A stretch of 64,000 nucleotides of DNA, taken from Vulcanimicrobiota bacterium (GTDB taxonomy: Bacteria > Vulcanimicrobiota > Vulcanimicrobiia > Vulcanimicrobiales > Vulcanimicrobiaceae). Each line of letters opens with the position of its first letter. The first letter of the stretch is position 1. Under the pieces are notes generated by a model, which was given only the letters and a program-made list of their open reading frames with translations, was not told where the DNA came from and searched no databases. The translations under genes were made by a program, and so were the position numbers. This document shows positions 30,341 to 39,989 of this stretch, in pieces. The DNA lies in NCBI GenBank assembly GCA_963777315.1, contig CAVZQC010000004.1:128001-192000 (forward strand), read 5' to 3'.

Positions 30341-31567
30341 ATGAAGGGCCGGCCGCAGAGCTCGAGCGAACCCGAATCGGCTATGTCGCGCATTTACGCT
30401 GACGATCTCTTGGACGGTTTCGACCGCGTCGAAACTCGGTCCGAGTTTGAGGAGATGCTGCGCGAAGGCAGGCCGCTGACCGTCAAGCTCGGCTTGGATC
30501 CCACGAGCGCCGATCTGCATATCGGGCACGCCGTGGTGCTCCACAAGCTGCAGCAATTCGTACAGGCGGGGCACCGCGTCGTGCTGCTCATCGGCGACTT
30601 CACCGCGCGCATCGGCGATCCGAGCGGCCGAAACGCGCTGCGCCCGCCGCTCAGCGGGGAAGAGATCGAAGCGAACATGAAAACGTACGCCGATCAGGCC
30701 GGCAAAGTGCTCGACATGGATCGCGTCGTCCTGCAGTACAACTCGCACTGGCTGGCGCCTTTGCATATGGCCGACTTGCTGCGGCTGCTTTCGCGCGTTA
30801 CCGTCGCGCAGATGCTCGAGCGCGAGGACTTCCGCGCGCGTTATGCGGCGGGTACTCCGATCTCGTTGCACGAGTTCTTGTATCCGGTCGCGCAGGCGTA
30901 CGACAGCGTTGCGCTGCAGGCGGACGTCGAACTGGGCGGCAACGATCAACTCTTCAACCTGCTTATGGGACGGCACTATCAGCGCGAGCTGGGTCAGCGC
31001 GAACAGATCTGCATGACGCTTCCGCTGCTTGAAGGGCTCGACGGCGTCGAAAAAATGTCCAAGTCCAAGGGCAACTACGTCGGGTTGACCGAGCCGCCCG
31101 AGCAGCAGTTCGGCAAACTGATGCGCATATCGGACGAAATGATTGCGCGTTATGCGCGATTGGCCGCCTTCCGTTCCGAGGCACAGGTGCGCGATCTCGC
31201 GCGCGGCCTTCAGCAAGGAAGCCTGCATCCGATGGCTGAGAAGAAACGCGTCGCGCACGACGTCGTCGCGCTGTACCACGGCGGCGAAGCTGCCGCGGCG
31301 GCATTGGAGTATTTCGAGCGAACGGTTCAGCGCAAAGAAGTGCCGGAAAACGTCCCGGAGTTACCGCTGGGGACGTCGCGCCGCGTGGTGGATGTGATAG
31401 TGGCGGCGGGTTTTGCGGACAGCAGGCGTGCCGCCGAGCGACTAATCTCGGGGAACGGCGTGAAGGTCGATGGTATACTCGTTGACGATCCTAAGGCCGT
31501 TTGGAGCGCCTCGAGACCTGCGATGCTCTCGGTAGGATCGCGAAAATTCGTGAAGGTGTTGCCGTGA
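30341..31567 (+). CDS. tyrS: Tyrosine--tRNA ligase (start may be ATG 30383)
   Basis: 'GLDPTSADLHIGH', 'KMSKS', C-terminal S4-like domain. Confidence 0.97.
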   Translation: MKGRPQSSSEPESAMSRIYADDLLDGFDRVETRSEFEEMLREGRPLTVKLGLDPTSADLHIGHAVVLHKLQQFVQAGHRVVLLIGDFTARIGDPSGRNALRPPLSGEEIEANMKTYADQAGKVLDMDRVVLQYNSHWLAPLHMADLLRLLSRVTVAQMLEREDFRARYAAGTPISLHEFLYPVAQAYDSVALQADVELGGNDQLFNLLMGRHYQRELGQREQICMTLPLLEGLDGVEKMSKSKGNYVGLTEPPEQQFGKLMRISDEMIARYARLAAFRSEAQVRDLARGLQQGSLHPMAEKKRVAHDVVALYHGGEAAAAALEYFERTVQRKEVPENVPELPLGTSRRVVDVIVAAGFADSRRAAERLISGNGVKVDGILVDDPKAVWSASRPAMLSVGSRKFVKVLP

Positions 31568-31743
31568 AAGATCGCAAGTTCGTCTGCAAGCGCTGCAAAC
31601 GCGAATACCGTTATCCGCAGCCGGAAGGGCCGCCGATCCGATGCGAATGCGGCTGGTGGTACGAGAACGTACGCGGAAGCATCAAAGAGGCATTCTGGCA
31701 GCGCATCGAACCGTATCGCGTGCCGCCGGCTAAGCTCTTTTGA
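31564..31743 (+). CDS. Small Cys-rich, zinc-ribbon-like protein (59 aa)
   Basis: GTGA overlap with the tyrS stop; 'CKRC..CECG'. Confidence 0.65.
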   Translation: MKDRKFVCKRCKREYRYPQPEGPPIRCECGWWYENVRGSIKEAFWQRIEPYRVPPAKLF

Positions 31744-32620
31744 GGCGTTCGGCCAGTTCGCTCACTTCCTCCGCGCCGAACACGTAGATCTTCTTACAAA
31801 AATCGCAGGTCGCTTGCGTTTCGCTGCGCTCGCGCGCGAGCTTGCGCAGTTCGTCGGCTCCCAGACCCAGCAGTGCCGACTCGACTTTTTCACGCGAGCA
31901 CCGGCATGCGAATTGCACGTCGATCGTTCGATGCGATCGCATGTTCGCAGAACCCGCCAGCGCTTGCAAAAGACCGCTCGCGTCGGCGCCCCCGGCGATC
32001 AGGCTGGTAACCGGCGGCATTGCCAAAGCGCGCTCTTCAAGCGTCTTGACCGCGCTTTCGTCGGCTCCGGGCAAAACCTGCGCGATCGCGCCGCCGGCCG
32101 CCGTGACGCCCTCGGGACCGGCGAGCACCCCTAGCGCAACCACGCTGGGAATCTGTTCGGAATTGACCAGATACGCGGCGATGTCTTCGGCGATTTCACC
32201 GCTGTACAGAGGAACGACCCCGACGTACGGCTGACCGAGCTCGTACGATTTGGTCACTTGCAGGGATCCCGATCCCACGGCGCCTGCAACGTCGAACTTT
32301 CCGCGAGCATTGAGCGGCAGCTCGACCGTAGGAAACTTGGCATACCCGCGCGCCCCGATGCAGCTTTCGTCGATGAACCACGCCTCCGCGACGATGCTGC
32401 GCAATGGACCGTCGCCGGAAACCTGCAGCGAAATGCGCTCTTTGCCTTTTAAACTGCTTCCCAGCAGAGCAGCGCCGGTGACTAGCCGGCCCGCTGCAGC
32501 AGTCGCGGTAGGACTCAAGCTATGTCGCTGCTGCGTTTCGCGCACGAGCTCGGTCGTGATTGCGGCCACGACGGCGAATCCCGCATCGGGTGACGACGCG
32601 CTGACGATCGAGTCGGGCAT
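31730..32620 (-). CDS. hslO: Hsp33 redox-regulated chaperone
   Basis: 'GEIAEDIAAYLVNSEQIPS'; zinc centre 'CRC..CDFC'. Confidence 0.95.
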   Translation of the reverse strand: MPDSIVSASSPDAGFAVVAAITTELVRETQQRHSLSPTATAAAGRLVTGAALLGSSLKGKERISLQVSGDGPLRSIVAEAWFIDESCIGARGYAKFPTVELPLNARGKFDVAGAVGSGSLQVTKSYELGQPYVGVVPLYSGEIAEDIAAYLVNSEQIPSVVALGVLAGPEGVTAAGGAIAQVLPGADESAVKTLEERALAMPPVTSLIAGGADASGLLQALAGSANMRSHRTIDVQFACRCSREKVESALLGLGADELRKLARERSETQATCDFCKKIYVFGAEEVSELAERLKRA

Positions 32621-32669
32621 ACGCGCCTGTTAACCAGGGCGCTGCGGATCCCCCTGCGAAACGGCGGCC

Positions 32670-33095
32670 ATGCGAGTTCTCGTGATTCACGGCCCGAACT
32701 TGAATTTGCTCGGCCGGCGCGAGCCCGAAACGTACGGAAAGCACACGCTTGCGGACGTAAACGCGGCGATCGTGCAGCTTGCCGGCGAACTTGGGATCGA
32801 GGTGGGAACCGAGCAGCATAACGGCGAGGGCGCGATCGTCGACGCCCTGCACGGCGCCCGGGAAACGTGCGATGCGGTGCTGCTCAATCCCGGCGCTTAC
32901 GCGCACTACTCTTATGCAATCGCCGACGCCGTCGCGGCCATAGCCATTCCCGTGATCGAAGTGCATATGTCCAACGTGCACGCGCGTGAAGAATTCAGGC
33001 GCAGGAGCGTCATTGCGCCCGTCTGCGCAGGAACCGTAGGCGGTTTCGGCATTCGTTCGTATTTGCTCGCGCTTCGTGCAGCTGCGCAGATGTGA
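32670..33095 (+). CDS. aroQ: Type II 3-dehydroquinate dehydratase
   Basis: 'HGPNLNLLGRREP..YG', 'NPGAYAH', 'EVHMSNVHAREEFR'. Confidence 0.96.
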   Translation: MRVLVIHGPNLNLLGRREPETYGKHTLADVNAAIVQLAGELGIEVGTEQHNGEGAIVDALHGARETCDAVLLNPGAYAHYSYAIADAVAAIAIPVIEVHMSNVHAREEFRRRSVIAPVCAGTVGGFGIRSYLLALRAAAQM

Positions 33096-33192
33096 TCGTT
33101 GAGGGAAGGAGCCGTAAGCGCGCCTGCGTATACCCTCTCGCAGGCGGCTCGTCGTGCCTGTGGCTTCAAGTGCCGCCGTAGGAGATATTCCC

Positions 33193-33516
33193 TTGACGAA
33201 AGCCGACATCATCGATTCCGTTGCAGCCCAAGCTGAACTGACGAAACGAAAGGCGGCGCAAATCGTCGAGCTCGTCCTGGCCGAAATCAAATCTTCACTG
33301 CAGAAGGGCGAACGCGTCGCGCTGACGCCGTTCGGAACGTTCGTCGTTCGCGAACGTAAAGCACGTGAGGGACGCAATCCAAAAACGGGCGCGGCGATCG
33401 ATATTCCGGCGCGCCGCGTCGCCGCATTCGTTGCAGGCGCCGGTTTGAAGAGCGCCGTCACGGGCGGCCGTGGCGCCGTCAGGAAAAGCGGCAAGAAAGA
33501 CGGACGTAAGCGCTGA
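33193..33516 (+). CDS. hup: HU family DNA-binding protein with short basic tail
   Basis: 'TKADIID..FGTF..REGRNPKTG'; GGAG before TTG 33193. Confidence 0.93.
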   Translation: MTKADIIDSVAAQAELTKRKAAQIVELVLAEIKSSLQKGERVALTPFGTFVVRERKAREGRNPKTGAAIDIPARRVAAFVAGAGLKSAVTGGRGAVRKSGKKDGRKR

Positions 33517-34145
33517 CCATCGCTCCGCTGGAAGCGCATGAGATCGCGCAGGCGGCCGGCATCTTTTTTCGCGCTTTTGCCGGCGAACACGCCGAGCACT
33601 ATCGCCCCGGCGCTCGGCCGGCGGCGCTCGCAGACGTATGGTCGTTCGTTCGCGGCAACGAGCCGCGCGGATTTTTGGCTGCGCACGAGGATGACCGGCT
33701 GGTGGGCTATGCGATTTTTATCCCGAGTTTGAAACGGCTGCAGAGTCGAGCCGTTCTGCGCGGCGCGGCATTTCGTTGGGCCGTGTCCGCGCTGCGGGGC
33801 GGTTTTGGGCTGCGCGTTGCGGCAATGCCGCGGCTGCTGCTCAACAAAATGATGTTTGCGGCGAGCTCGGCGCGGTTCCGGCACCGCGGAGACGCGCAAT
33901 TGCTCAACATCGCCGTCGAACCGGACATGCAGGGGCGCGGCATCGCGCGCGAGCTCGTACTGCAGGGGTTGCGGGCCATGCGCGAACTGGGCGTACCAGA
34001 AGTACGCTTGGAAGTGCGTCCGTGGAATGCCGGTGCGCTGAAGCTGTACGAACAGACCGGATGGCGAGCCGTGGGGCGCACGCGCGACTTGCAAGGGGAA
34101 TGGGTCGTGATGACGGCCAATCCCTCAGTCGCCGTTTCGCGATAA
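33513..34145 (+). CDS. GNAT (RimI-like) acetyltransferase, probable CTG start
   Basis: 'NIAVEPDMQGRGIAR..LEVRPWNAGALKLY'; frame open from CTG 33513. Confidence 0.8.
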   Translation: MTIAPLEAHEIAQAAGIFFRAFAGEHAEHYRPGARPAALADVWSFVRGNEPRGFLAAHEDDRLVGYAIFIPSLKRLQSRAVLRGAAFRWAVSALRGGFGLRVAAMPRLLLNKMMFAASSARFRHRGDAQLLNIAVEPDMQGRGIARELVLQGLRAMRELGVPEVRLEVRPWNAGALKLYEQTGWRAVGRTRDLQGEWVVMTANPSVAVSR

Positions 34146-34154
34146 AAGATACGT

Positions 34155-34229
34155 CGGGCTGTGGCGCAGTTTGGTTAGCGCGCTTGACTGGGGGTCAAGA
34201 GGTCGCTGGTTCGAATCCAGTCAGCCCGA
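34155..34229 (+). tRNA. tRNA-Pro(GGG), CCA not encoded
   Basis: Acceptor CGGGCTG/CAGCCCG, anticodon stem CTTGA/TCAAG with GGG anticodon, T-loop GTTCGAATC. Confidence 0.96.
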
Positions 34230-34407
34230 AATTGCGCCTTTTAGGGAACCTCTGAAAAAGTCCCACGCGGTCCATCGCCATGTCGCTTTTCGTCCAGTTC
34301 ATCGTTGCTGCGGCGGCCACAATGCGCTGCATTGCGTCCGTCCTCGCGCCTCGAACTGACCAAAAATCGCCACGGCGCTGCACCACGGAGACTTCTTCAG
34401 AGATTCC

Positions 34408-34701
34408 TTAGTAAATTTGCGGATGCATTGCGCGCAGCACCCCGCTGGCAGCCGCCGGCCGCCACACATCGAAGCGATCCTCGTCGGGCACGTCGGCTTC
34501 GGCGTGCTGCATGAGCGAGACGACGTGGCTGACGACCAGCGTGAACGTGCGCGGCTGCGCGGTGCCGCCGCAAGCCGCCGCAATCGTCACATCGGTCGCA
34601 TTGGTGCGCACGGCTTCCAATACTTGCATCGCCACGTCGTACGAAACGACGTGTGCGCCTTTGGTCATGAATATCGTATAGTTCGGCGCGCTCGTTGGCA
34701 C
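34408..34701 (-). CDS. Small hypothetical protein
   Basis: 97-aa ORF of globular composition filling the gap, divergent from RNase HI. Confidence 0.6.
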   Translation of the reverse strand: MPTSAPNYTIFMTKGAHVVSYDVAMQVLEAVRTNATDVTIAAACGGTAQPRTFTLVVSHVVSLMQHAEADVPDEDRFDVWRPAAASGVLRAMHPQIY

Positions 34702-34812
34702 GCACCGACACTACGATGTGGGGCCTGCGGCTATCTTGTGGACATGCTGTGGAAGACGCAATTTCTTGTGGATAGCAAGCCCCGTCGGCTTTTTGTTGAA
34801 GCACGCCGGGGT

Positions 34813-35241
34813 ATGGAACCGCCGTCGCAAACGCCGTCGGCCGACGCGACGTTGTTCGCCGACGGAGGATCGCGTGGAAATCCGGGGCCGGCCGCCTCGG
34901 GTGCAGTCTTGGTTTCGCCCGGCGGCGCCATACTGCACGAGGTGGGCCATTACTTGGGCACTGCCACCAACAACGTCGCGGAATGGACGGCGCTGGCGCT
35001 GGGGCTGCAGGCGGCGCTCGAGCACGGCGTGCGGCGCCTGGCGGTGCGAATGGACAGCGAGCTGGTCGTCAAACAGATTTCCGGCGAGTACCGCGTTAAA
35101 CATCCGGATCTGCAGCCGCTGCACCGGCGCGTCGTTTCGCTTTTGCGCAAGTTCGAATACGTCGACGTGCGGCACGTGCGCCGCAAGGACAATGCGCTGG
35201 CCGACGCGGTGGTGAATCGAGTTCTCGATGCGTCGAAGTAG
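34813..35241 (+). CDS. rnhA: Ribonuclease HI family protein
   Basis: 'FADGGSRGNPG', 'TNNVAEW', 'MDSELVVKQ', 'N..AD'. Confidence 0.92.
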   Translation: MEPPSQTPSADATLFADGGSRGNPGPAASGAVLVSPGGAILHEVGHYLGTATNNVAEWTALALGLQAALEHGVRRLAVRMDSELVVKQISGEYRVKHPDLQPLHRRVVSLLRKFEYVDVRHVRRKDNALADAVVNRVLDASK

Positions 35242-35881
35242 CTGGTTCGGTACCGCAGTTTTCGTTTTTGCCGTCATATTCATCGTTTGCGGGCTGGTCT
35301 TCATCAAATGGCCGGACTTTCAGCACAAGCAGGAGCTCGTAAACGTCCTGCATTCCAAAAGCATTCTCGACGTGTCGCTTACGATCAAGTACGACAAGCC
35401 GCCCGTGTACTTGGAGCAGTACGTCATGCACAACGAAAACGGCATTTCGAGCGCGCAATACAAGGTGCAGGGATATTCCGGAAAGGTGGTGACGATTGCT
35501 TTGCCTCCGGACAAAACGTACGCGGTCACCTTCTTTTTCGAGCAGGTCGTGCAAGACGGCATCTGGCAGCTCGTGAACAAACCGTCCATTGGAAATACCA
35601 GTCTGCACTACACGCTGCATATCCATCAGGTGGCCGGGGATAAGCAGGGTACGCGGACGATCGTGTTCACGGATCCGCACTACTGGGCCGTCGCAGCGGG
35701 GCGTCAGTACGAGATCCAGCTCAGCCCCAACAGCCCGACGCCCGATCTGACCAAACTCAAGAGCACGTCCCTTGCGGATCCGCGTTATCTGAAAATCGTG
35801 CAGGCGTTTCGCAGCTTCGGCACCCCTGCGTTCCGGCAAAAGGTAGCGCAGGCGCAAGCGCTCGTGCGCAGCTCGCGCTAG
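35228..35881 (+). CDS. Membrane-anchored hypothetical protein
   Basis: N-terminal TM 'AVFVFAVIFIVCGLVFI'; overlaps the RNase HI stop. Confidence 0.75.
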   Translation: MRRSSWFGTAVFVFAVIFIVCGLVFIKWPDFQHKQELVNVLHSKSILDVSLTIKYDKPPVYLEQYVMHNENGISSAQYKVQGYSGKVVTIALPPDKTYAVTFFFEQVVQDGIWQLVNKPSIGNTSLHYTLHIHQVAGDKQGTRTIVFTDPHYWAVAAGRQYEIQLSPNSPTPDLTKLKSTSLADPRYLKIVQAFRSFGTPAFRQKVAQAQALVRSSR

Positions 35882-35897
35882 TGTCCGAGTCCGCCCG

Positions 35898-36686
35898 ATG
35901 AAGCGTTATGGATTGGTCGGACTGGCCGCATTGGCCGCGCTGGCGCTCGTCGCGTTCGTCGGGTACGAACTTTTCGAGCAGCCCACGAATCAGATTTTCG
36001 GCCGGACCCTCACGCGCGGACCGGCGGACGAGCGCGTGGTGGCGCTCACCTATGACGACGGGCCGAATCCTCCGTACACCGGCCGCATTCTGGACGTGCT
36101 CGAACGAGAGCGCGTTCACGCAACCTTCTTTCTGGTCGGGCGCGCGGTGCAAGCATACCCGTGGATCGTACGGCGCGAAATACGCGACGGCGACGCCGTC
36201 GGCAACCATACCTGGGATCATCCGCACCTCATCGTGATGCGGCGAACCGACGTGCGCCGATCGCTCGAGCGTACGGACGCGGCGATCTACGCGGCAAGCG
36301 GATTACACACGCGGCTCATGCGTCCGCCGTTCGGAGCTCGCGACTGGATCGTCATGCACGTTGCCCAAAAGCTCGGCTACACGGTAGTGATGTGGTCGGT
36401 ACCGCTCGCCGGCGACTGGGAATATCCGCCGCCGGGCGTGATCGCGCGGCGAATTTTGCCGCGCGTGAGCGACGGCGCCATCATCGTGCTGCACGACGGC
36501 AACCGCGGTCAGCTCTGCCGTGCCAAGGGGCTAAACCCTCACGTGTGCGATCGCAGCCGCGACATTGAAGCCACGCGCATCATCGTCGACGCGCTCAAGC
36601 GGCAGGGCTACCGTTTCGTCACGATTCCGCAGTTGATCGCGCTGGGCAAGAATGCTAGGCATACACCCGCCCCCGGAGCTGAATGA
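35898..36686 (+). CDS. Polysaccharide deacetylase (CE4/NodB)
   Basis: 'LTYDDGP', 'NHTWDH', 'RPPFG', 'IVLHDG'. Confidence 0.93.
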   Translation: MKRYGLVGLAALAALALVAFVGYELFEQPTNQIFGRTLTRGPADERVVALTYDDGPNPPYTGRILDVLERERVHATFFLVGRAVQAYPWIVRREIRDGDAVGNHTWDHPHLIVMRRTDVRRSLERTDAAIYAASGLHTRLMRPPFGARDWIVMHVAQKLGYTVVMWSVPLAGDWEYPPPGVIARRILPRVSDGAIIVLHDGNRGQLCRAKGLNPHVCDRSRDIEATRIIVDALKRQGYRFVTIPQLIALGKNARHTPAPGAE

Positions 36687-36984
36687 AACCGCCGGGATGG
36701 AGGCCGCTGGGATCGTGATGAGTCCAGTGCACTACCGGTATTCTTCCGGGATCGTGCACCATCTCGCCGCGCACCTGGATGCTGTCGCCCGGCTGGACCG
36801 GAACGCGGGGCGCAATCCCCACGTTGTCGACGATCTCCACGCTTCCGGCGCGGGTGCTCGCGTCGAACGCTTCGTGAACGCAGTGCGTTCGATTTCCCAC
36901 GAAGAATCGCGGACTGGAAGTTACGCGCGCGTCGAAGGTTATTTCGGCCGGGCGCGTGCCGTTGTAGGCACTCTGCAGATCCAT
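36655..36984 (-). CDS. DUF3465-like OB-fold protein
   Basis: 'HEAF..DNVGIAPRVPVQPGD..RGE..VHWTHHDP..H.GG.I'. Confidence 0.75.
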   Translation of the reverse strand: MDLQSAYNGTRPAEITFDARVTSSPRFFVGNRTHCVHEAFDASTRAGSVEIVDNVGIAPRVPVQPGDSIQVRGEMVHDPGRIPVVHWTHHDPSGLHPGGFIQLRGRVYA

Positions 36985-37025
36985 GCGCGTCGTTCACGAC
37001 CGATCGTGGTACCATAAAGGCGCCC

Positions 37026-37607
37026 ATGAGGATCATCCGCACGCGCAGGCTGCGCCTCGTACCCGTGACGGTTGCGAATGCCGGCGCACTTTGGGAGTTG
37101 CTCCAGCAACCGGATCTCCGCACGTTCCAAGACCTGCCCAGTGTGGGCGCTTCGGCGTTCGGCGACATGGTCGCCAGGCGCCCCAAAGAGCTGCGTCCCG
37201 GCGCGTACGGCCGCTTCGAATGGCTCGTGTACTTGCAGGGCGGACGTAAGCCCGCGGGTTGGGTATCGCTGCGCGTAACGGATCGCGACGCGAATGCGGG
37301 CGAGATCGGCTACAGCATCGTGCGCGGACATCGCGGCCGAGGCGTCGCGACCGAAGCGGTTCTCGCGCTGCTACGGGAGAGCTTCGAACGCGCTGCGCTT
37401 CCGCGCCTGCACGCGTATTGCGTGCCCGAGAATACGCCTTCCCGCCGCCTGCTCGAACGAGTGGGTTTTCGCTTCGAAGGAACCTTGCCGCACGGCGCCA
37501 CCGTCAGCGGCCGCGCGGTCGACGTGCTCATGCACCGCCTCGATCGCGAAGCTTGGCGTCAGTCCGGAAACACGATCGAGACGCCTGCCTCGGCGTATCC
37601 CACGTAG
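37026..37607 (+). CDS. GNAT acetyltransferase (RimJ/RimL-like)
   Basis: 'TRRLRL', 'EIGY..RGRGVATEA', 'NTPSRRLLERVGFRFEG'. Confidence 0.9.
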   Translation: MRIIRTRRLRLVPVTVANAGALWELLQQPDLRTFQDLPSVGASAFGDMVARRPKELRPGAYGRFEWLVYLQGGRKPAGWVSLRVTDRDANAGEIGYSIVRGHRGRGVATEAVLALLRESFERAALPRLHAYCVPENTPSRRLLERVGFRFEGTLPHGATVSGRAVDVLMHRLDREAWRQSGNTIETPASAYPT

Positions 37608-38014
37608 CGCGCCGGCATCCCGTCAAGAAACGCCAGCAGCGGTTCGCGCACGACGGCGACCGCAATGCGATCGGATAACCGATCGATGGGAACCCACGCC
37701 GCGTCGACGACGTGATCGTCGTCCACGTCGGGCGTCCGGGGTTCACCCATTGCATCGACCGCAAAGGTGAAATTCGTAAAGTGCGCCGCGCCGTCGTAGG
37801 ATTCGCTCACGTAGCACAGCTCGCGCACCGCTGCATGCATGCCGGTCTCTTCGCGCAGCTCGCGAACGGCGGTCTGTGCGAGCAATTCTCCGTGAATCTG
37901 GCGTCCGCCCGGCATGTTCCACAGCGGCTGCGGGTGGTTGGGATAGCGCGAGGCCACGAGCAGAACGCTGTTGCCCCGTCGCACGAGCGCGGTTGCCAAG
38001 TGGATGCAGTTCAT
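37559..38014 (-). CDS. NUDIX hydrolase
   Basis: Nudix box 'PGG..GE..AVRELREETG'; ATGA overlap with the upstream glycosyltransferase. Confidence 0.9.
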   Translation of the reverse strand: MNCIHLATALVRRGNSVLLVASRYPNHPQPLWNMPGGRQIHGELLAQTAVRELREETGMHAAVRELCYVSESYDGAAHFTNFTFAVDAMGEPRTPDVDDDHVVDAAWVPIDRLSDRIAVAVVREPLLAFLDGMPARYVGYAEAGVSIVFPD

Positions 38015-39057
38015 ACGGCAAAAAAAACCTGTGCGTGGCGATCTGCGCTGCGGTCCCAGCAAAAGTCTTTGGCGCGTTGCAGCCCGGCGGCGCGCAGTTC
38101 CCCACGCAACTGCCGATCGCGCACCAAGCGTTCGAGCGCATCGGTCCAGGCGCCGGCCTGGTCGGCAGGGGCGTACACCGCCGCGTCCGCAGCGATTTCC
38201 GGCAGGCAGCTCGCACGTGAAGCCACCACCGGCGTGCCGCACGCCATCGCTTCAACGACCGGCATGCCGAACGTTTCGTAGTACGACGGAACGCACAACG
38301 CCAACGCGCCGCGATACAGCGCCCGAAGCTGCGCGTCGCCGCTTCCCGCCGCATCTCCGGCTGCCACGCCGACGTATCGTACCCCGTCGCGCGCAGGATC
38401 GCGCGGACCGACCACAACCAGCGCCGGATCCGCCGCCGGCAAAAAGGCATCGCAATACGCTCGGTACAGCATCTCGAAGTTCTTGCGCGGTTCGCTCAGC
38501 GGATCGCCCACGAAGAGCAGGTACGGCGTACGCAGGTTTGCAGGCAGATCGCCGGCATCTTCTCCGGGGCTAAAATACGGTTCGACGCCGTGGTAAATCA
38601 CGTCGATTCGTTCGGGCTTCACGCCCAAGACGTCGGTCAGTTCGGCGCGATCGAATTCGGAAACGGCAATGATCCGCGCCGCTTGCCGCACCGAACGCGT
38701 AAAGGGTGCTTGCTGATGCCGGCGTCGAGCGGGATCGGGATCGGGAAAACGAAACGGCACGGCGTCGTGAATGGTCGCCACGCTGCGTGCGCAACCGGCA
38801 AAAAAGGCGCCGTTCGCCGGGTGCCATACGACGTCACAGCCGCGCGAACCGGCGGCAATGCGAAAGCGCGCGCTCCCCAGCGTCGCCTGCAGTTTCGCGC
38901 GATGCGCAAACGCCAGCGGCCCCTTCACGAGCAGCGTTATCTGCAGGTCCTCACGCCGTACGAGGCGGCGAAGGATTGCGCGCGCGTAACGGCCGATACC
39001 GCGGGTATCCGATGCGAGGTCGCGCGCATCGACGCCCAAGCGTAGCACGTCCTTCAC
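38011..39057 (-). CDS. Glycosyltransferase family 4
   Basis: 'GIGRY', 'TIHD', 'PRKN', 'PSYYETFGMPVVEAMACG'. Confidence 0.92.
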   Translation of the reverse strand: MKDVLRLGVDARDLASDTRGIGRYARAILRRLVRREDLQITLLVKGPLAFAHRAKLQATLGSARFRIAAGSRGCDVVWHPANGAFFAGCARSVATIHDAVPFRFPDPDPARRRHQQAPFTRSVRQAARIIAVSEFDRAELTDVLGVKPERIDVIYHGVEPYFSPGEDAGDLPANLRTPYLLFVGDPLSEPRKNFEMLYRAYCDAFLPAADPALVVVGPRDPARDGVRYVGVAAGDAAGSGDAQLRALYRGALALCVPSYYETFGMPVVEAMACGTPVVASRASCLPEIAADAAVYAPADQAGAWTDALERLVRDRQLRGELRAAGLQRAKDFCWDRSADRHAQVFFAV

Positions 39058-39083
39058 GAGGAGCGAGGTTGGCGCAGACCTGC

Positions 39084-39989
39084 ATGGAGTCCCCCGGCGC
39101 TCGCGCCGGGATTGCGGCACATCTGCTGGTGGGGCCGCGCGAGGAACCGTTTTTGGGCGCGCTGTGCGAATCGCTGCAGAACGCCTGCCGGATGCTCATC
39201 GTCAACGATAATTCTCCCGATCCGTCCCCGCATGCCGGCACGCTCGCGCGCACCGCATTTGCGCGCTGCGGCAAGCTGATCGTCGACCGCACGCCGTTTA
39301 CCGATTTCGCCGCGGCCCGCAACGTCTGCTTGCGCCTGCACCGCGAGCACGATGGCGGCGAGTGGGTCGCATTCGTGGACGCCGACGAAGTTCACGCGTC
39401 GCAGTTCGATCGCATCGCAGGCAATTTGGACGCCGTGCCGCCCGGCATCGATTTCGTGGACGGCTACACCCGCCACTTTTTCGGCGCGTTCGAATGGTAC
39501 ATGTCCATCGAACGGCGCATGTCGTTCTTTCGATACGGTCCGCAGCTGCGCTGGGAAGGCAGCGTGCATGAGAAACTGTTCGGCCTGAACGGAAGGCGGT
39601 TGGCGCTGCCGTACGTGTACGCGCACTATGGCTGGGTGATTCCGGCGCGCATCCACGCTGAAAAAGGCCGGCACTATTTCAGTCTGGGCGCTCCGGGACG
39701 GATCGTGGAGCAAGCCGAGCTCGGCGAGTTGGATGCGCGAACGTATTTCGAATATCGCCGCCGCTGCGCCGGCGCGCTGCGCTTTACCGGTGCCCACCCG
39801 GCGGCCGCGCGTTCGACGATCGAACGCATCGGCAGAGAACGCGCGAGCGAGTTCGCATTGCTGGCCGAATTGATCCGCGAACGCCAGTCTCCGGTGCAGC
39901 GCGTGCGAAATGCAGCAGCGCGGCTCAACTACGAGCTGCGCTGGCGCGGGCGCGCCTTCAACCCGCAGGCGCGGCGGCTTCTCGCATGA
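39084..39989 (+). CDS. GT2-like glycosyltransferase
   Basis: 'DFAAARN', 'FVDADE', 'WEGSVHE', 'HYGW'. Confidence 0.8.
   Translation: MESPGARAGIAAHLLVGPREEPFLGALCESLQNACRMLIVNDNSPDPSPHAGTLARTAFARCGKLIVDRTPFTDFAAARNVCLRLHREHDGGEWVAFVDADEVHASQFDRIAGNLDAVPPGIDFVDGYTRHFFGAFEWYMSIERRMSFFRYGPQLRWEGSVHEKLFGLNGRRLALPYVYAHYGWVIPARIHAEKGRHYFSLGAPGRIVEQAELGELDARTYFEYRRRCAGALRFTGAHPAAARSTIERIGRERASEFALLAELIRERQSPVQRVRNAAARLNYELRWRGRAFNPQARRLLA

Noticed and set aside
34195..34386. 63-aa minus-strand ORF
   Set aside because: Runs antisense into the tRNA ('GFEPATS' is a typical tRNA shadow).
34229..34420. Integrated element at the tRNA-Pro 3' end
   Set aside because: No integrase and no duplicated tRNA 3' end noticed in the window.
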